The notes under the pieces: generated by a model
The model's database searches: none
What the model was told of the DNA's origin: nothing
What the model saw: only the letters and a program-made list of their open reading frames with translations
Virus record (IMG/VR): IMGVR_UViG_3300029305_004082
DNA length: 64,000 bases
Strand: one strand, 5' to 3'
Source of the DNA: a virus
Lineage: Duplodnaviria; Heunggongvirae; Uroviricota; Caudoviricetes
Shown: positions 47,804-55,965 of the stretch, one piece after another
Position numbering within the stretch: position 1 is the first letter of the stretch
How the letters are laid out: each line of letters opens with the position of its first letter
Program-made: the position numbers and the translations under genes

Positions 47804-47973
47804 AAATCTTAGTCGATAAATTACCAGACAAACAGGAGAATTGTCTATTTTATAAAATAGAAAGCTCAAGAGACGATTATTCGGGGGCTTTATATGTTTG
47901 GCAAAATTGTTCAATCGACGGTCGTTTTTGTGATGGCGAGTCTTGTGATAAGTTGGCGGCGATACAACCATGA
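47800..47973 (+). CDS. small Cys-containing protein (57 aa)
   Basis: RBS GGGAGGACAT; below ORF-track cutoff. Confidence 0.3.
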   Translation: MKILVDKLPDKQENCLFYKIESSRDDYSGALYVWQNCSIDGRFCDGESCDKLAAIQP

Positions 47974-48227
47974 GGCTTCAGTGCGAAGATTGTAAATTTT
48001 ATGAGCCATACCACAAATATCCCAACCCGCTTGCCACTTCAAAACACTGGTGTCAGAAATGCGGTGAGGAAATACGCCTCGTGAGAATAAACCAACGTGG
48101 GGATAAGGCTGCGTGGCTTCCGAAAGCGTGTTACTTCAATGGATACTTTGAAGAGTCGGAAGAAAGCAAAAGGCGAAGACAACAACGTTACATTTTAGAT
48201 AATGAGTGGTGTCAGATAGAGGATTAA
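47970..48227 (+). CDS. zinc-ribbon protein
   Basis: CEDCKFY...CQKCGEE. Confidence 0.4.
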   Translation: MRLQCEDCKFYEPYHKYPNPLATSKHWCQKCGEEIRLVRINQRGDKAAWLPKACYFNGYFEESEESKRRRQQRYILDNEWCQIED

Positions 48228-48242
48228 TCCAAAGGAGGATAA

Positions 48243-48479
48243 ATGACGATGAAGAGAATTGTTCTGCTGATTGCGGTGTTAATGATGTTGTGTGTTGGAT
48301 GTGCAGCTCCTTCGGATATGGAATATACGGAAGATAACGAACAAACAATGGTCGCGGTTGAGAGAGGTTTAAATTACCTTATCTGTAAACATAGGGCTAC
48401 TGGTGTTTATTATTTTGCGTTTGGCGATGATGTTTGCGTAATGGTTAACGCTGACGGCACTCCGTATACAGGGAGGTAG
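48243..48479 (+). CDS. lipoprotein
   Basis: Signal peptide with lipobox MLCVGC; RBS AAAGGAGGATAA. Confidence 0.5.
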   Translation: MTMKRIVLLIAVLMMLCVGCAAPSDMEYTEDNEQTMVAVERGLNYLICKHRATGVYYFAFGDDVCVMVNADGTPYTGR

Positions 48480-48482
48480 AGT

Positions 48483-48965
48483 ATGGTTTATGTAAATGGT
48501 GATATTTTAACACCTGTTACAGATGACAGACCGACTATTGTTTGTCATCAGGTAAATTGCAAGGGTGTTATGGGGTCTGGGTTGGCAAAACAGGTGCGAG
48601 CAGAACTTCCTGGTGTATACGAGGTTTATAAGGAAAAGTGTGATGCGGGATTTGCTCGTTTGGGGCAGGTACAAGTATGTAGTGCCATACTCACCACTGG
48701 TTATTTGGTGGCGAATGTGTTTGGTCAGTGGGGATATGGCACAGAAAAACGTCATACGGACTATGAAGCTTTGCGTAATGCATTTACATATCTTGCAGAA
48801 GCATATTCCCAGTACACTATTCGAATTCCGTATAAGATGGGGTGCGGTCTTGGTGGTGGTGATTGGGAAATTGTTGAGTCAATCATTAAGGAAACTTTGT
48901 GCGATAAAGGCATAGAAGTTGAAATTTGGAGGTGTGATAGTAGAAGTGAGAGAAAGGCTGATTGA
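48483..48965 (+). CDS. macro-domain (ADP-ribose binding/processing) protein
   Basis: GDILTPVTDDRPTIVCHQVNCKGVMGSGLAKQV ... RIPYKMGCGLGGGDWEIV matches macro/Appr-1''-pase motifs. Confidence 0.6.
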   Translation: MVYVNGDILTPVTDDRPTIVCHQVNCKGVMGSGLAKQVRAELPGVYEVYKEKCDAGFARLGQVQVCSAILTTGYLVANVFGQWGYGTEKRHTDYEALRNAFTYLAEAYSQYTIRIPYKMGCGLGGGDWEIVESIIKETLCDKGIEVEIWRCDSRSERKAD

Positions 48966-49329
48966 TAAGCTAACTGGATACAGCTTGGATACTCCTGCCG
49001 ATGTGGAATATGTGGCGGATGAATTGATAAAAAAGGGAGTGGGGGTGATGGAGTGGGTAAACATTGATGGCGTACAAGATTTGCCAAAGAGTTACGGCAA
49101 GTATCTTGTTGTTATACATCGTGTGAACGATTGGTTTGGAGAGCGTGATGAAGTAGTAGAGGTTGATTCAGCATGTTTTGATTGCACACAAAAGATATGG
49201 GAGATAACACCTCACGAATCAATCAATGCACTGACTTCCATATTCGGTTTGAGCGATGACCTTCCAACAAAGTATGTAACACACTGGTTAGAGCTGCCCG
49301 AATTACCAAAGGAGAAAAATAATGTTTAA
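48919..49329 (+). CDS. hypothetical protein (start uncertain; alternative ATG at 49048 with RBS AAGGGAGTGGGGG)
   Basis: 136-aa ORF overlapping the macro gene end. Confidence 0.35.
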   Translation: MKFGGVIVEVRERLIDKLTGYSLDTPADVEYVADELIKKGVGVMEWVNIDGVQDLPKSYGKYLVVIHRVNDWFGERDEVVEVDSACFDCTQKIWEITPHESINALTSIFGLSDDLPTKYVTHWLELPELPKEKNNV

Positions 49330-49663
49330 TACCTATCATGCAGGAAACCAAAGTTACAGTTCTTCCACAAAAATAAACGCCGTCACAGGTGCGATTTTGA
49401 AGAATCATCCTAAGAGTTGGTTTGAAAGGTTTCACCTTGACAGTGAAAGAGCAAAAAAACTCATGGCAGAGGGCGGCTACAAAGGCAACAAAAGGGAACA
49501 CAGTTGGACAGACTCCAGAGGGTATGACTATTACCGCAATGTCGAAAACCCTGAAAACGCCATAACAATTTTGCAAATGGTTATATGCGGCGATATGGAA
49601 GTAATAGCCGAGTGTGTTTATACAAAGGATTATGAAGAGTCGGTTATAAAGGAGAGCATATGA
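49322..49663 (+). CDS. hypothetical protein
   Basis: 113-aa ORF. Confidence 0.4.
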   Translation: MFNTYHAGNQSYSSSTKINAVTGAILKNHPKSWFERFHLDSERAKKLMAEGGYKGNKREHSWTDSRGYDYYRNVENPENAITILQMVICGDMEVIAECVYTKDYEESVIKESI

Positions 49664-50010
49664 TTATTTCTGGAGCATTAACTTGTTCAAACTGCGGAGC
49701 TCCCATCAATAGGGCTACAATGACGTGCCCGTACTGTAAAACACAGTATTCGTTTCCAAACCCAGAAATAAAGAAGACGGTCATCAAGCCGGGGGTGCAT
49801 AGGATTTATACCCAAACAAAGGTATCAAATCAGGTAATTGCCGTAGCTCCCGAGGCGGCCAAAGATAAAACCCTCGCCCAACTGCGAGAACAACTTGCCG
49901 ATGCGTTGCTTGGCTACATGAAAATAACCACGGCAGAAGAGTGGGATTTTATGGGCGATTCAACCGTTTTTCGTGGCGAAGTAATAGTATTAGACCCTTG
50001 CCTCGAGTAA
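49660..50010 (+). CDS. zinc-ribbon protein (paralog of 3305..3679)
   Basis: CSNCGAPINRATMTCPYCKTQY. Confidence 0.45.
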   Translation: MIISGALTCSNCGAPINRATMTCPYCKTQYSFPNPEIKKTVIKPGVHRIYTQTKVSNQVIAVAPEAAKDKTLAQLREQLADALLGYMKITTAEEWDFMGDSTVFRGEVIVLDPCLE

Positions 50011-50018
50011 GGGTACAT

Positions 50019-50092
50019 TGCCCCATGGTGTAATGGAAGCACATCTGCCTTTGAAGCAGAAGGCCACCGGTCGGTACGGTGTGGGGCAGCCA
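50019..50092 (+). tRNA. tRNA-Gln (anticodon UUG); unusual T-loop
   Basis: Acceptor TGCCCCA/TGGGGCA, D-arm GTGTaatggaaGCAC, anticodon arm TCTGC-cTTTGaa-GCAGA, T-stem CACCG/CGGTG with loop GTCGGTA, G73 then CCA encoded. Confidence 0.6.
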
Positions 50093-50113
50093 TTTATTTT
50101 TTTGGAGGAAATT

Positions 50114-50320
50114 ATGACGAATTTAGAATGGATAAAAGGATTGTCCGTAGAAGAAATGGCAGAATTTTTAACTTACTACAGATGGATTTGTTCTGATTGT
50201 CCTGAAGATAAATTGGTATATTGTAGTTGGGAATGTGAAAAACATCGCCGCGAATGGCTGATGAAAGAGCATGAGATGCGTATAGGTTCAGAATTTGAAA
50301 AGGAATGGCTGCAGGAATGA
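50114..50320 (+). CDS. hypothetical protein
   Basis: Start MTNLEWIKG with RBS GGAGGAAATT (the longer ORF would overlap the tRNA). Confidence 0.4.
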   Translation: MTNLEWIKGLSVEEMAEFLTYYRWICSDCPEDKLVYCSWECEKHRREWLMKEHEMRIGSEFEKEWLQE

Positions 50321-50619
50321 TTACAGATATGGAAACTTTTATGATGGATGAAAGTGACCGCATATGGGGCTTTCATGTTTACCGCCGCATGTTCACACCG
50401 TATGAACAAGATGCGAAGTTTATAGATGAAAGCTACTACGAGAATGGAACAATTATAAGCTACGGCAAAATTGTTGAAGCCATTGACCTTGGCGGCGGCG
50501 AATGGTTGCTCGGTATAAGAGAGTGTTGGGATGAAGGTAAAGAAGAATTAGAATATTCCGACTTTATAACGTATTACATGCTGAGTGAATTAAGGTTGAT
50601 GGCCAAGGTGGAAGAGTAG
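50305..50619 (+). CDS. hypothetical protein (alternative start 50317)
   Basis: 104-aa ORF. Confidence 0.4.
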   Translation: MAAGMITDMETFMMDESDRIWGFHVYRRMFTPYEQDAKFIDESYYENGTIISYGKIVEAIDLGGGEWLLGIRECWDEGKEELEYSDFITYYMLSELRLMAKVEE

Positions 50620-50627
50620 TACAGTGG

Positions 50628-50710
50628 GCGGATGTGGTGGAACGGCATACACAGCAGACTTAAAATCTGCCGGCGAAAGCTTGCGGGTTCAAATCCCGCC
50701 ATCCGCACCA
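50628..50710 (+). tRNA. tRNA-Leu (anticodon UAA)
   Basis: Acceptor GCGGATG/CATCCGC, anticodon arm GCAGA-cTTAAaa-TCTGC, long variable arm, T-arm CGGGTTCAAATCCCG, A73 + CCA. Confidence 0.75.
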
Positions 50711-50713
50711 AAC

Positions 50714-50788
50714 GCTGGTGTAGCTCAATGGCAGAGCAACTGATTTGTAATCAGTAGGTTGTAGGTTCGACTCCTATCACCAGCTCCA
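50714..50788 (+). tRNA. tRNA-Thr (anticodon UGU)
   Basis: Acceptor GCTGGTG/CACCAGC, D-arm TAGCTCAATGGCAGAGCA, anticodon arm ACTGA-tTTGTaa-TCAGT, T-arm TAGGTTCGACTCCTA, CCA encoded. Confidence 0.75.
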
Positions 50789-51043
50789 AAAGGACGGTTC
50801 GATTCCGTCTCGTTGGCAGAGGACTGGCGTGAAGGGAGTAAGGTTCGATTCCTTATGAATGTGGTTTATTAAACCTATCTCTGGTGAGACAAACTGCTCC
50901 GATGGCTCGTCGGTTAAATTACAGTCGGAATACTGTAAGGGAGCACTAATTGGAGAGTGAGACTGGCTGTCATGGGTCGCTCCCAAAGAGAGGTTCGATT
51001 CCTCTGAGGTAATAATGTGGTTCGAATCCACCGCTCTCCACCA
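50789..51043 (+). ncRNA. tRNA-like array: four T-arm-like hairpins, the last ending in a tRNA-type acceptor 3' end (GCTCTCCACCA)
   Basis: GACGGTTCGATTCCGTC (50793), TAAGGTTCGATTCCTTA (50840), AGAGGTTCGATTCCTCT (50988), GTGGTTCGAATCCAC (51017); GGAGAGT (50952) can pair with GCTCTCC (51033); no canonical cloverleaf resolved by eye. Confidence 0.4.
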
Positions 51044-51517
51044 ACGGTTAAACTTCTGCGGCAAACTGTGAAGTCCCTTATGACACCGCATAGTAGAGTA
51101 GGTAAACATTGAGGTGTGTAGCCCGATAAAGACGGTATGGCGGACTTGGATTGTGCTGACGAGCACAAGTATTACGTGGCCCAACGAGTTAGGAGAAAAC
51201 CCTGCTGGCCATACGCGGTCCTAAAATTCCCTTGAGGTCAAGACTACATATCAATAGTCTGTGGAAACAAATCCGTAAGGTTGGTCGTGAGGCAAGTGCA
51301 CTGAGGTCGGCGAGCCTCTAAGTAACGACTGTGAAACAGCTTTGTGAGTTGGGCGTGACAACTACCAAACCAGCGGAATGAGTGGAAAGCTCATAACCCT
51401 ACTCTATTTTTCTACAACTCAGATAGAAAAAATTGCACAAAATAGACGACTTTGTGCTTCGTTTGATAACTTGGTCGTCTAAAACAGAAGAACCGAATTA
51501 GGAGGAATTTTACCCTA

Positions 51518-51682
51518 ATGACAAGGCGTGAAAAGATGGTTAAATGCATCGACGAAATTGAGAATGGCCAGATAAAACTGCAGGAACACGTACAGAATTA
51601 CGGCACAAGTGGTATGAGCGAATTATTGTATTGGTTGTGCGTAGGGATTAGGTTGATATTGGAAAAGGAGTTGAAATCATGA
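51518..51682 (+). CDS. small protein (54 aa)
   Basis: RBS TTAGGAGGAATTTT; below ORF-track cutoff. Confidence 0.35.
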   Translation: MTRREKMVKCIDEIENGQIKLQEHVQNYGTSGMSELLYWLCVGIRLILEKELKS

Positions 51683-52059
51683 CACCTGTAATTAACCCTT
51701 GGGTATTTTATTGGCTATCGGTTAGTGATGGCATAGGCGGCGTCCTTACAACGCTCCTGATAAGCTGCGGACTCATCACAATCTTTTTTATATTAAAAGG
51801 CTTTGCAGAGAAAGAAGATTGGCATGACGAGGAGAAAAGCAAGGAAACCTTTAAGCTTGCAAAGCGACTTGGCGTAATACTGGCAATCCTTATGGTTTTG
51901 GATGTCTTTATTCCCACCGCAGATACCATTACCAAAATGATAGTAGCACAAAACGTCACATACGAACGAGTAGAAACGGCAACCGATGTAGTACAAACAG
52001 TATATGAGGACATAATGGACTTGTTTGCGGAAGGAAAGGGAGAACAGCAAGCGGGGTGA
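51679..52059 (+). CDS. two-TM membrane protein (holin-like topology, unproven)
   Basis: Hydrophobic helices VFYWLSVSDGIGGVLTTLLISCGLITIFFIL and LGVILAILMVLDVFIP; RBS GGAAAAGGAG. Confidence 0.4.
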   Translation: MTPVINPWVFYWLSVSDGIGGVLTTLLISCGLITIFFILKGFAEKEDWHDEEKSKETFKLAKRLGVILAILMVLDVFIPTADTITKMIVAQNVTYERVETATDVVQTVYEDIMDLFAEGKGEQQAG

Positions 52060-52210
52060 TAACATGGGAAGAGTGGCTAATGAAGTCAGGAAAAAGACCT
52101 GGCTTCTTTTATATGAAGCAAGGAATACAAATGACCCCGAATATTTAAAAGCCATTATTCAGGAATGTACCAAATTGTTATTCAAATGTGCGGAAAGGAT
52201 AAACGAATAA

Positions 52211-53389
52211 ATGTACGAATATGAAAAAGCTTTGCTGAAAAAGAAGCTTGGCTCGTTTTATGAAACATTCAAAAAACATGATTGTTTCTTGGCCGGTGGA
52301 GCGATAAACAGTCTTTTTACCCATGCCGAAATAAATGATTACGACCTGTATTTCCGCAGTCAGCAAGACCTATATGGTTTTATGACAGAATCCCCGAGTT
52401 CAACTTGGATAATTGCGGATTCAGATAAGTCATTCACGGTGAATATGGGCGGACTTATTGTGCAGCCCATCTTTTTTAGATACTTTGACAACGCCGAACA
52501 GATATTTGAATCATTTGATTTTACCGTATGCATGGGCGCTTTTGATTTCCAGAAAGAAGAATTTGTGTTGCACGAAGACTTCCTCAAGGACATTGCGGCA
52601 AGGCGTTTAGTATTTAATCCTCGCACCGCATTCCCCATAATATCTGCGCTTCGTATCGCTAAGTACAAAGAGAAGGGGTACGAAATCGACAGGCGGCAGT
52701 TTATGCGGATTATGCTTACTGTATCTATGTTGAAGATTACCAGTCTGGAAATGTTGCGGCGGCATCTTGGTGGTATGTACGGCGAAAGCATTGAAGCGCA
52801 TATCAAGATTGACGAGAACGAACCTTTTAACCTCAATAAGATAATTGAGCGCATGGGAGAGTACACCGTCGAAGGAGACGAACGAGAAATACCTACAGTT
52901 TATTTCGAAGATGATTATGAGCTGTATGTAGCCAAGAGAATCGGCATGAAAATTCCCATTATCCAGATAGACAATAAATATTACACTCGCAACTCGACTG
53001 GACTGCGGCGGATAAAACCTGACGCCATAGACGAGAATTTTGTTCTGGATAGAGGTTTCACCGTAAATGAATTCCCAATGGTTAAGTATAAGTGTGTGAA
53101 GAAGATTGGCGATGGTCTGTATCGAAGCTTCTATGATTCCGATTTTGTGTACGAACTTGGACGTGTGGCTGAGGCAAAGAACTGCTATCACGGCCTGTAC
53201 ATGGTTGGCGAAAGTGGCAAGGAGACGTGTCAGTATAGTGATAAAGAGGGTGCCGTAATGCTGAAATTGCTTATTATGGACGCTCGCGATGTGACACCTC
53301 GTGGACTCGGTACTCTATTCCACGGCAGTACAACGGCAGACAGGGTGTACGTAATGGAAGAAATACCTATAAAGAAGGAGAGCGTATGA
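52211..53389 (+). CDS. Pol-beta-superfamily nucleotidyltransferase of the tRNA CCA-adding / poly(A) polymerase head-domain type
   Basis: CFLAGGAINSLFTHAEINDYDLYF ([G][GS]-x11-DxD) like class-II CCA-enzyme head (LVGGAVRD...DiD); third acidic residue in FDFTVCMG; RRLVFNPRTAFPIISALRIAKYKEKGYEID resembles the CCA-enzyme neck (R.LRA.RFA.+LGF.I). Confidence 0.5.
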   Translation: MYEYEKALLKKKLGSFYETFKKHDCFLAGGAINSLFTHAEINDYDLYFRSQQDLYGFMTESPSSTWIIADSDKSFTVNMGGLIVQPIFFRYFDNAEQIFESFDFTVCMGAFDFQKEEFVLHEDFLKDIAARRLVFNPRTAFPIISALRIAKYKEKGYEIDRRQFMRIMLTVSMLKITSLEMLRRHLGGMYGESIEAHIKIDENEPFNLNKIIERMGEYTVEGDEREIPTVYFEDDYELYVAKRIGMKIPIIQIDNKYYTRNSTGLRRIKPDAIDENFVLDRGFTVNEFPMVKYKCVKKIGDGLYRSFYDSDFVYELGRVAEAKNCYHGLYMVGESGKETCQYSDKEGAVMLKLLIMDARDVTPRGLGTLFHGSTTADRVYVMEEIPIKKESV

Positions 53390-53838
53390 GGATTATAAAT
53401 GACGAACCTAACATAATAAAATGCACTGGCTGCAAGGTTAAGCTTGAATATGACGTTGAGGATATACAAGTTGGGGCATGTGGGTGTGCGTACATTAAGT
53501 GCCCTAAGTGTGGCGAGCTAATTTTTTTAGATAGCGAAGTTCATTCAATTATCCTCACCAAAGATAATATTCGGTTTCCTCAGCATTTCTTTGAAGCTGG
53601 CCCCAATGTGGTTAATCTGTCTAACCAAAAGATTAATCAGTACATAAGAGAGTGTATAGATAGCTTGGAAGAGAGAGAGGAGGATTATGGCGGGTATGCT
53701 CTTGCCGGCTCTGGCAATACACTGGTGTTTGCAGTAAAGTACGAGGACGAATACGCAATTTATGTAACAAAAGGATATTACGAATCCAGTATCCCCCGTC
53801 AATCCATGTCCCAAATCACATTTTGTGATATAATATGA
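53386..53838 (+). CDS. zinc-ribbon domain protein
   Basis: CTGCKVKLEYDVEDIQVGACGCAYIKCPKCGEL at the N-terminus; 150 aa. Confidence 0.45.
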   Translation: MRIINDEPNIIKCTGCKVKLEYDVEDIQVGACGCAYIKCPKCGELIFLDSEVHSIILTKDNIRFPQHFFEAGPNVVNLSNQKINQYIRECIDSLEEREEDYGGYALAGSGNTLVFAVKYEDEYAIYVTKGYYESSIPRQSMSQITFCDII

Positions 53839-53899
53839 TTCCTTCGTCACACAATAAGTTGTGACGCACATCTATAAATTTCCAAAGGAGAATGTATAT

Positions 53900-54145
53900 A
53901 TGAAGATTCAGTATATGTGTGAAGAATGCGGCAAGAGTTTCCCCACAGAAGAAGCAGCACGGGTGTGTGAGGCTAAGCATATCGAAGCGAGAAATAAAGC
54001 TAAGAAAGATAAGGAAGAACTGGATAGGATGATAAGTCAGTATATGGAGGCATCCGCAACTCTGGATAAGCTTGGGCAGGATATCGCAAAGAAGAGTAAG
54101 CTTCCTCTTAGTTGGATGCTGATTAGCCGCATGAGCAGAAGATGA
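53900..54145 (+). CDS. zinc-finger small protein
   Basis: Start MKIQYMCEECGKSF with RBS AAAGGAGAATG. Confidence 0.4.
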   Translation: MKIQYMCEECGKSFPTEEAARVCEAKHIEARNKAKKDKEELDRMISQYMEASATLDKLGQDIAKKSKLPLSWMLISRMSRR

Positions 54146-54320
54146 TAAACAAAGTAGATATGGAATGGGTCAACGAACAGTTGGCTTTTTTTATTGCCAA
54201 AGAAGAAGATAAGTGCGTGGGGTGCGAGAACGCCGAATTGGTCCGCGATGAGTGTGATGAGTGGTGGCGTTGCATCCTGCCCGATGGTAGAAATGCGTGT
54301 CCGTATAAAGGAGTGAAATA

Positions 54321-54944
54321 ATGTCGGGTATAGCAAATGTAAAAGTGTACGATATGGAAGAAAGCATTCGGGCCAGTAAGTATCCGATGTCCACAGACAC
54401 AGAGCTTTGTAATTGTGAAATAACCGATAGAACTGAATCGCTGGCGGCTGCCCCAAGAGGGTCAGGCCACGACTGCTTTCTTAAAGGTGTGTTAGTTGCA
54501 TTTGATTTAACGTTTTCTAATAAAGCATGGGTTGAGGCGGAGCGTTATCATTGGTTTGATTTCGTAAGCTCACAATCTACAATGCACCGCATAACCAAAT
54601 TTGATTTAAGCAAAGGATACAATACGTATGTAGACCCTCGCATTGTTGCGATTATGCAAGAGTTGGTTGATGATTATAACGAACTATTTGAGTATAGCAA
54701 GGCCGTAAAGGATGAGCATGAAAAGAAAAGGATGGGCGAGGAGTTGGCGTTAAAGTACCTGCACATCCTGTACTCAAACCCTGCAGGTTTTGAACTTACA
54801 GCACGAATAACAACCAATTACCTTCAGCTTAAAACGATATACGCCCAGAGGCACAACCATAGGCTGCCGGAATGGAGATGGTTTTGTGAATGGATTAAGC
54901 AGAACCTACCCAACAGTCATTGGATTACAGGAGAGGAGAAGTAA
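54321..54944 (+). CDS. ThyX-like (flavin-dependent thymidylate synthase fold) protein with diverged active-site motif
   Basis: HDCFLKGVLVAFDLTFSNKAWVEAERYHWFDFVSSQSTMHR parallels ThyX HETPFEH...[30 protein letters not shown], but RHR is replaced by RYH; 207 aa, about ThyX size; embedded in a dNTP-metabolism cluster. Confidence 0.4.
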   Translation: MSGIANVKVYDMEESIRASKYPMSTDTELCNCEITDRTESLAAAPRGSGHDCFLKGVLVAFDLTFSNKAWVEAERYHWFDFVSSQSTMHRITKFDLSKGYNTYVDPRIVAIMQELVDDYNELFEYSKAVKDEHEKKRMGEELALKYLHILYSNPAGFELTARITTNYLQLKTIYAQRHNHRLPEWRWFCEWIKQNLPNSHWITGEEK

Positions 54945-54946
54945 TT

Positions 54947-55360
54947 ATGGCCGAAAAAGTAAATCACCCTGCGCATTACGGCGGCGCAATAGAATGTATT
55001 GATGCTATTGCAGTTGCCACCCACGACCTTAGCGGGGAAGAAGCTTTTAACACCGGCAACGCCATCAAGTATTTGTGGCGTTGGAAAAAGAAGAACGGTA
55101 TCGAGGATATTAAAAAGGCCATCTGGTACTGCAATAGAATTATTGAAAAGTCAGAAGAAGAGACTTTAATTGATGCTGAAATGTCAAAAATTATCACAGG
55201 AGAATGGATTCCTGATGTTCTCATAACCAATGGTACTTCAGTAACGAACCTTCCATACGTGCCAACTGATAGTACTTCAACAAAAACCCTTACCAACGGT
55301 ACTTCAGCAAAAACCCTTCCAACGGTGGAGGGGGTAATTAAGATTGTTGATACGGAGTAG
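54947..55360 (+). CDS. DUF3310-like phage protein
   Basis: HPAHYGGAIECIDAI...FNTGNAIKYLWRWKKKNGIEDIKKAIWY pattern typical of the DUF3310 phage family. Confidence 0.5.
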   Translation: MAEKVNHPAHYGGAIECIDAIAVATHDLSGEEAFNTGNAIKYLWRWKKKNGIEDIKKAIWYCNRIIEKSEEETLIDAEMSKIITGEWIPDVLITNGTSVTNLPYVPTDSTSTKTLTNGTSAKTLPTVEGVIKIVDTE

Positions 55361-55363
55361 TGT

Positions 55364-55963
55364 ATGAGCATATATAACAAAAATTGGTCGGTGGTTGTAG
55401 ACGTTGATGAGGTGCTGAACAACCTTATGACGGAAACGATATACCACCTTAAAGAAAGCTTTGCAATTGGAGATGACGAATTATCTCTGGATGACTTTAC
55501 TGAGTACGAGGTAAAGAAATGTGTGACGCCCGATGTTTACAACAAGATGGAAAAGGTTTGGGCCGACAAATCATTCTGGGGTAATCTTGTTCCCTCTGAT
55601 GGAGCAGTTGAAGCAATGCACAAGCTTATCCAGAACGGAATTGAGGTATTTATTATGACTGCTTGTACGCCCGACATTGTTGAAGGGCGCTCAAAATGGT
55701 TTGCAAAATGCTTTCCTTTTATAAAGCAGGAGAACATCATTTATGGCTATCCTAAATGGTTGGTTAAATGTGATTTTATACTCGAGGATAAACTGGAAAC
55801 CGTGATGAGGTCTCCTTCTTGGACGTATCGCGTGCTTGTAGACAAGCCTTGGAATAGGCGCAAATCTGACTTTGATGAAATTCATGGTATTATTCGCACC
55901 AAATCCGTAATGGATGCGGTTGAGCGAATAATTAAGATTGTTGATGATGAGAGGAATTGGTAG
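55364..55963 (+). CDS. 5'(3')-deoxyribonucleotidase (HAD superfamily, NT5C-like)
   Basis: HAD motif I VVVDVDEVLNN (DxDxV); overall size and pattern of phage/bacterial NT5C-type nucleotidases. Confidence 0.6.
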   Translation: MSIYNKNWSVVVDVDEVLNNLMTETIYHLKESFAIGDDELSLDDFTEYEVKKCVTPDVYNKMEKVWADKSFWGNLVPSDGAVEAMHKLIQNGIEVFIMTACTPDIVEGRSKWFAKCFPFIKQENIIYGYPKWLVKCDFILEDKLETVMRSPSWTYRVLVDKPWNRRKSDFDEIHGIIRTKSVMDAVERIIKIVDDERNW

Positions 55964-55965
55964 TT

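Noticed and set aside
50777-51184. Minus-strand ORFs (135 aa and 84 aa) over the tRNA region
   Set aside because: They overlap the tRNA and T-arm hairpins on the opposite strand and have no RBS. Their composition is driven by tRNA sequence, so they are spurious.
51160-51240. Hammerhead ribozyme (CTGACGAG ... GAAA)
   Set aside because: The CUGANGA-like string is present, but the flanking helices II/III cannot be drawn convincingly.
52211-53389. CBASS CD-NTase (cGAS/DncV-like cyclase)
   Set aside because: GS-x(n)-DxD fits generically. However the GGAINSLF...DYD context and the RIAKY...GYEID neck resemble tRNA-NTase/PolyA_pol more than CD-NTases. No Cap effector gene is adjacent.
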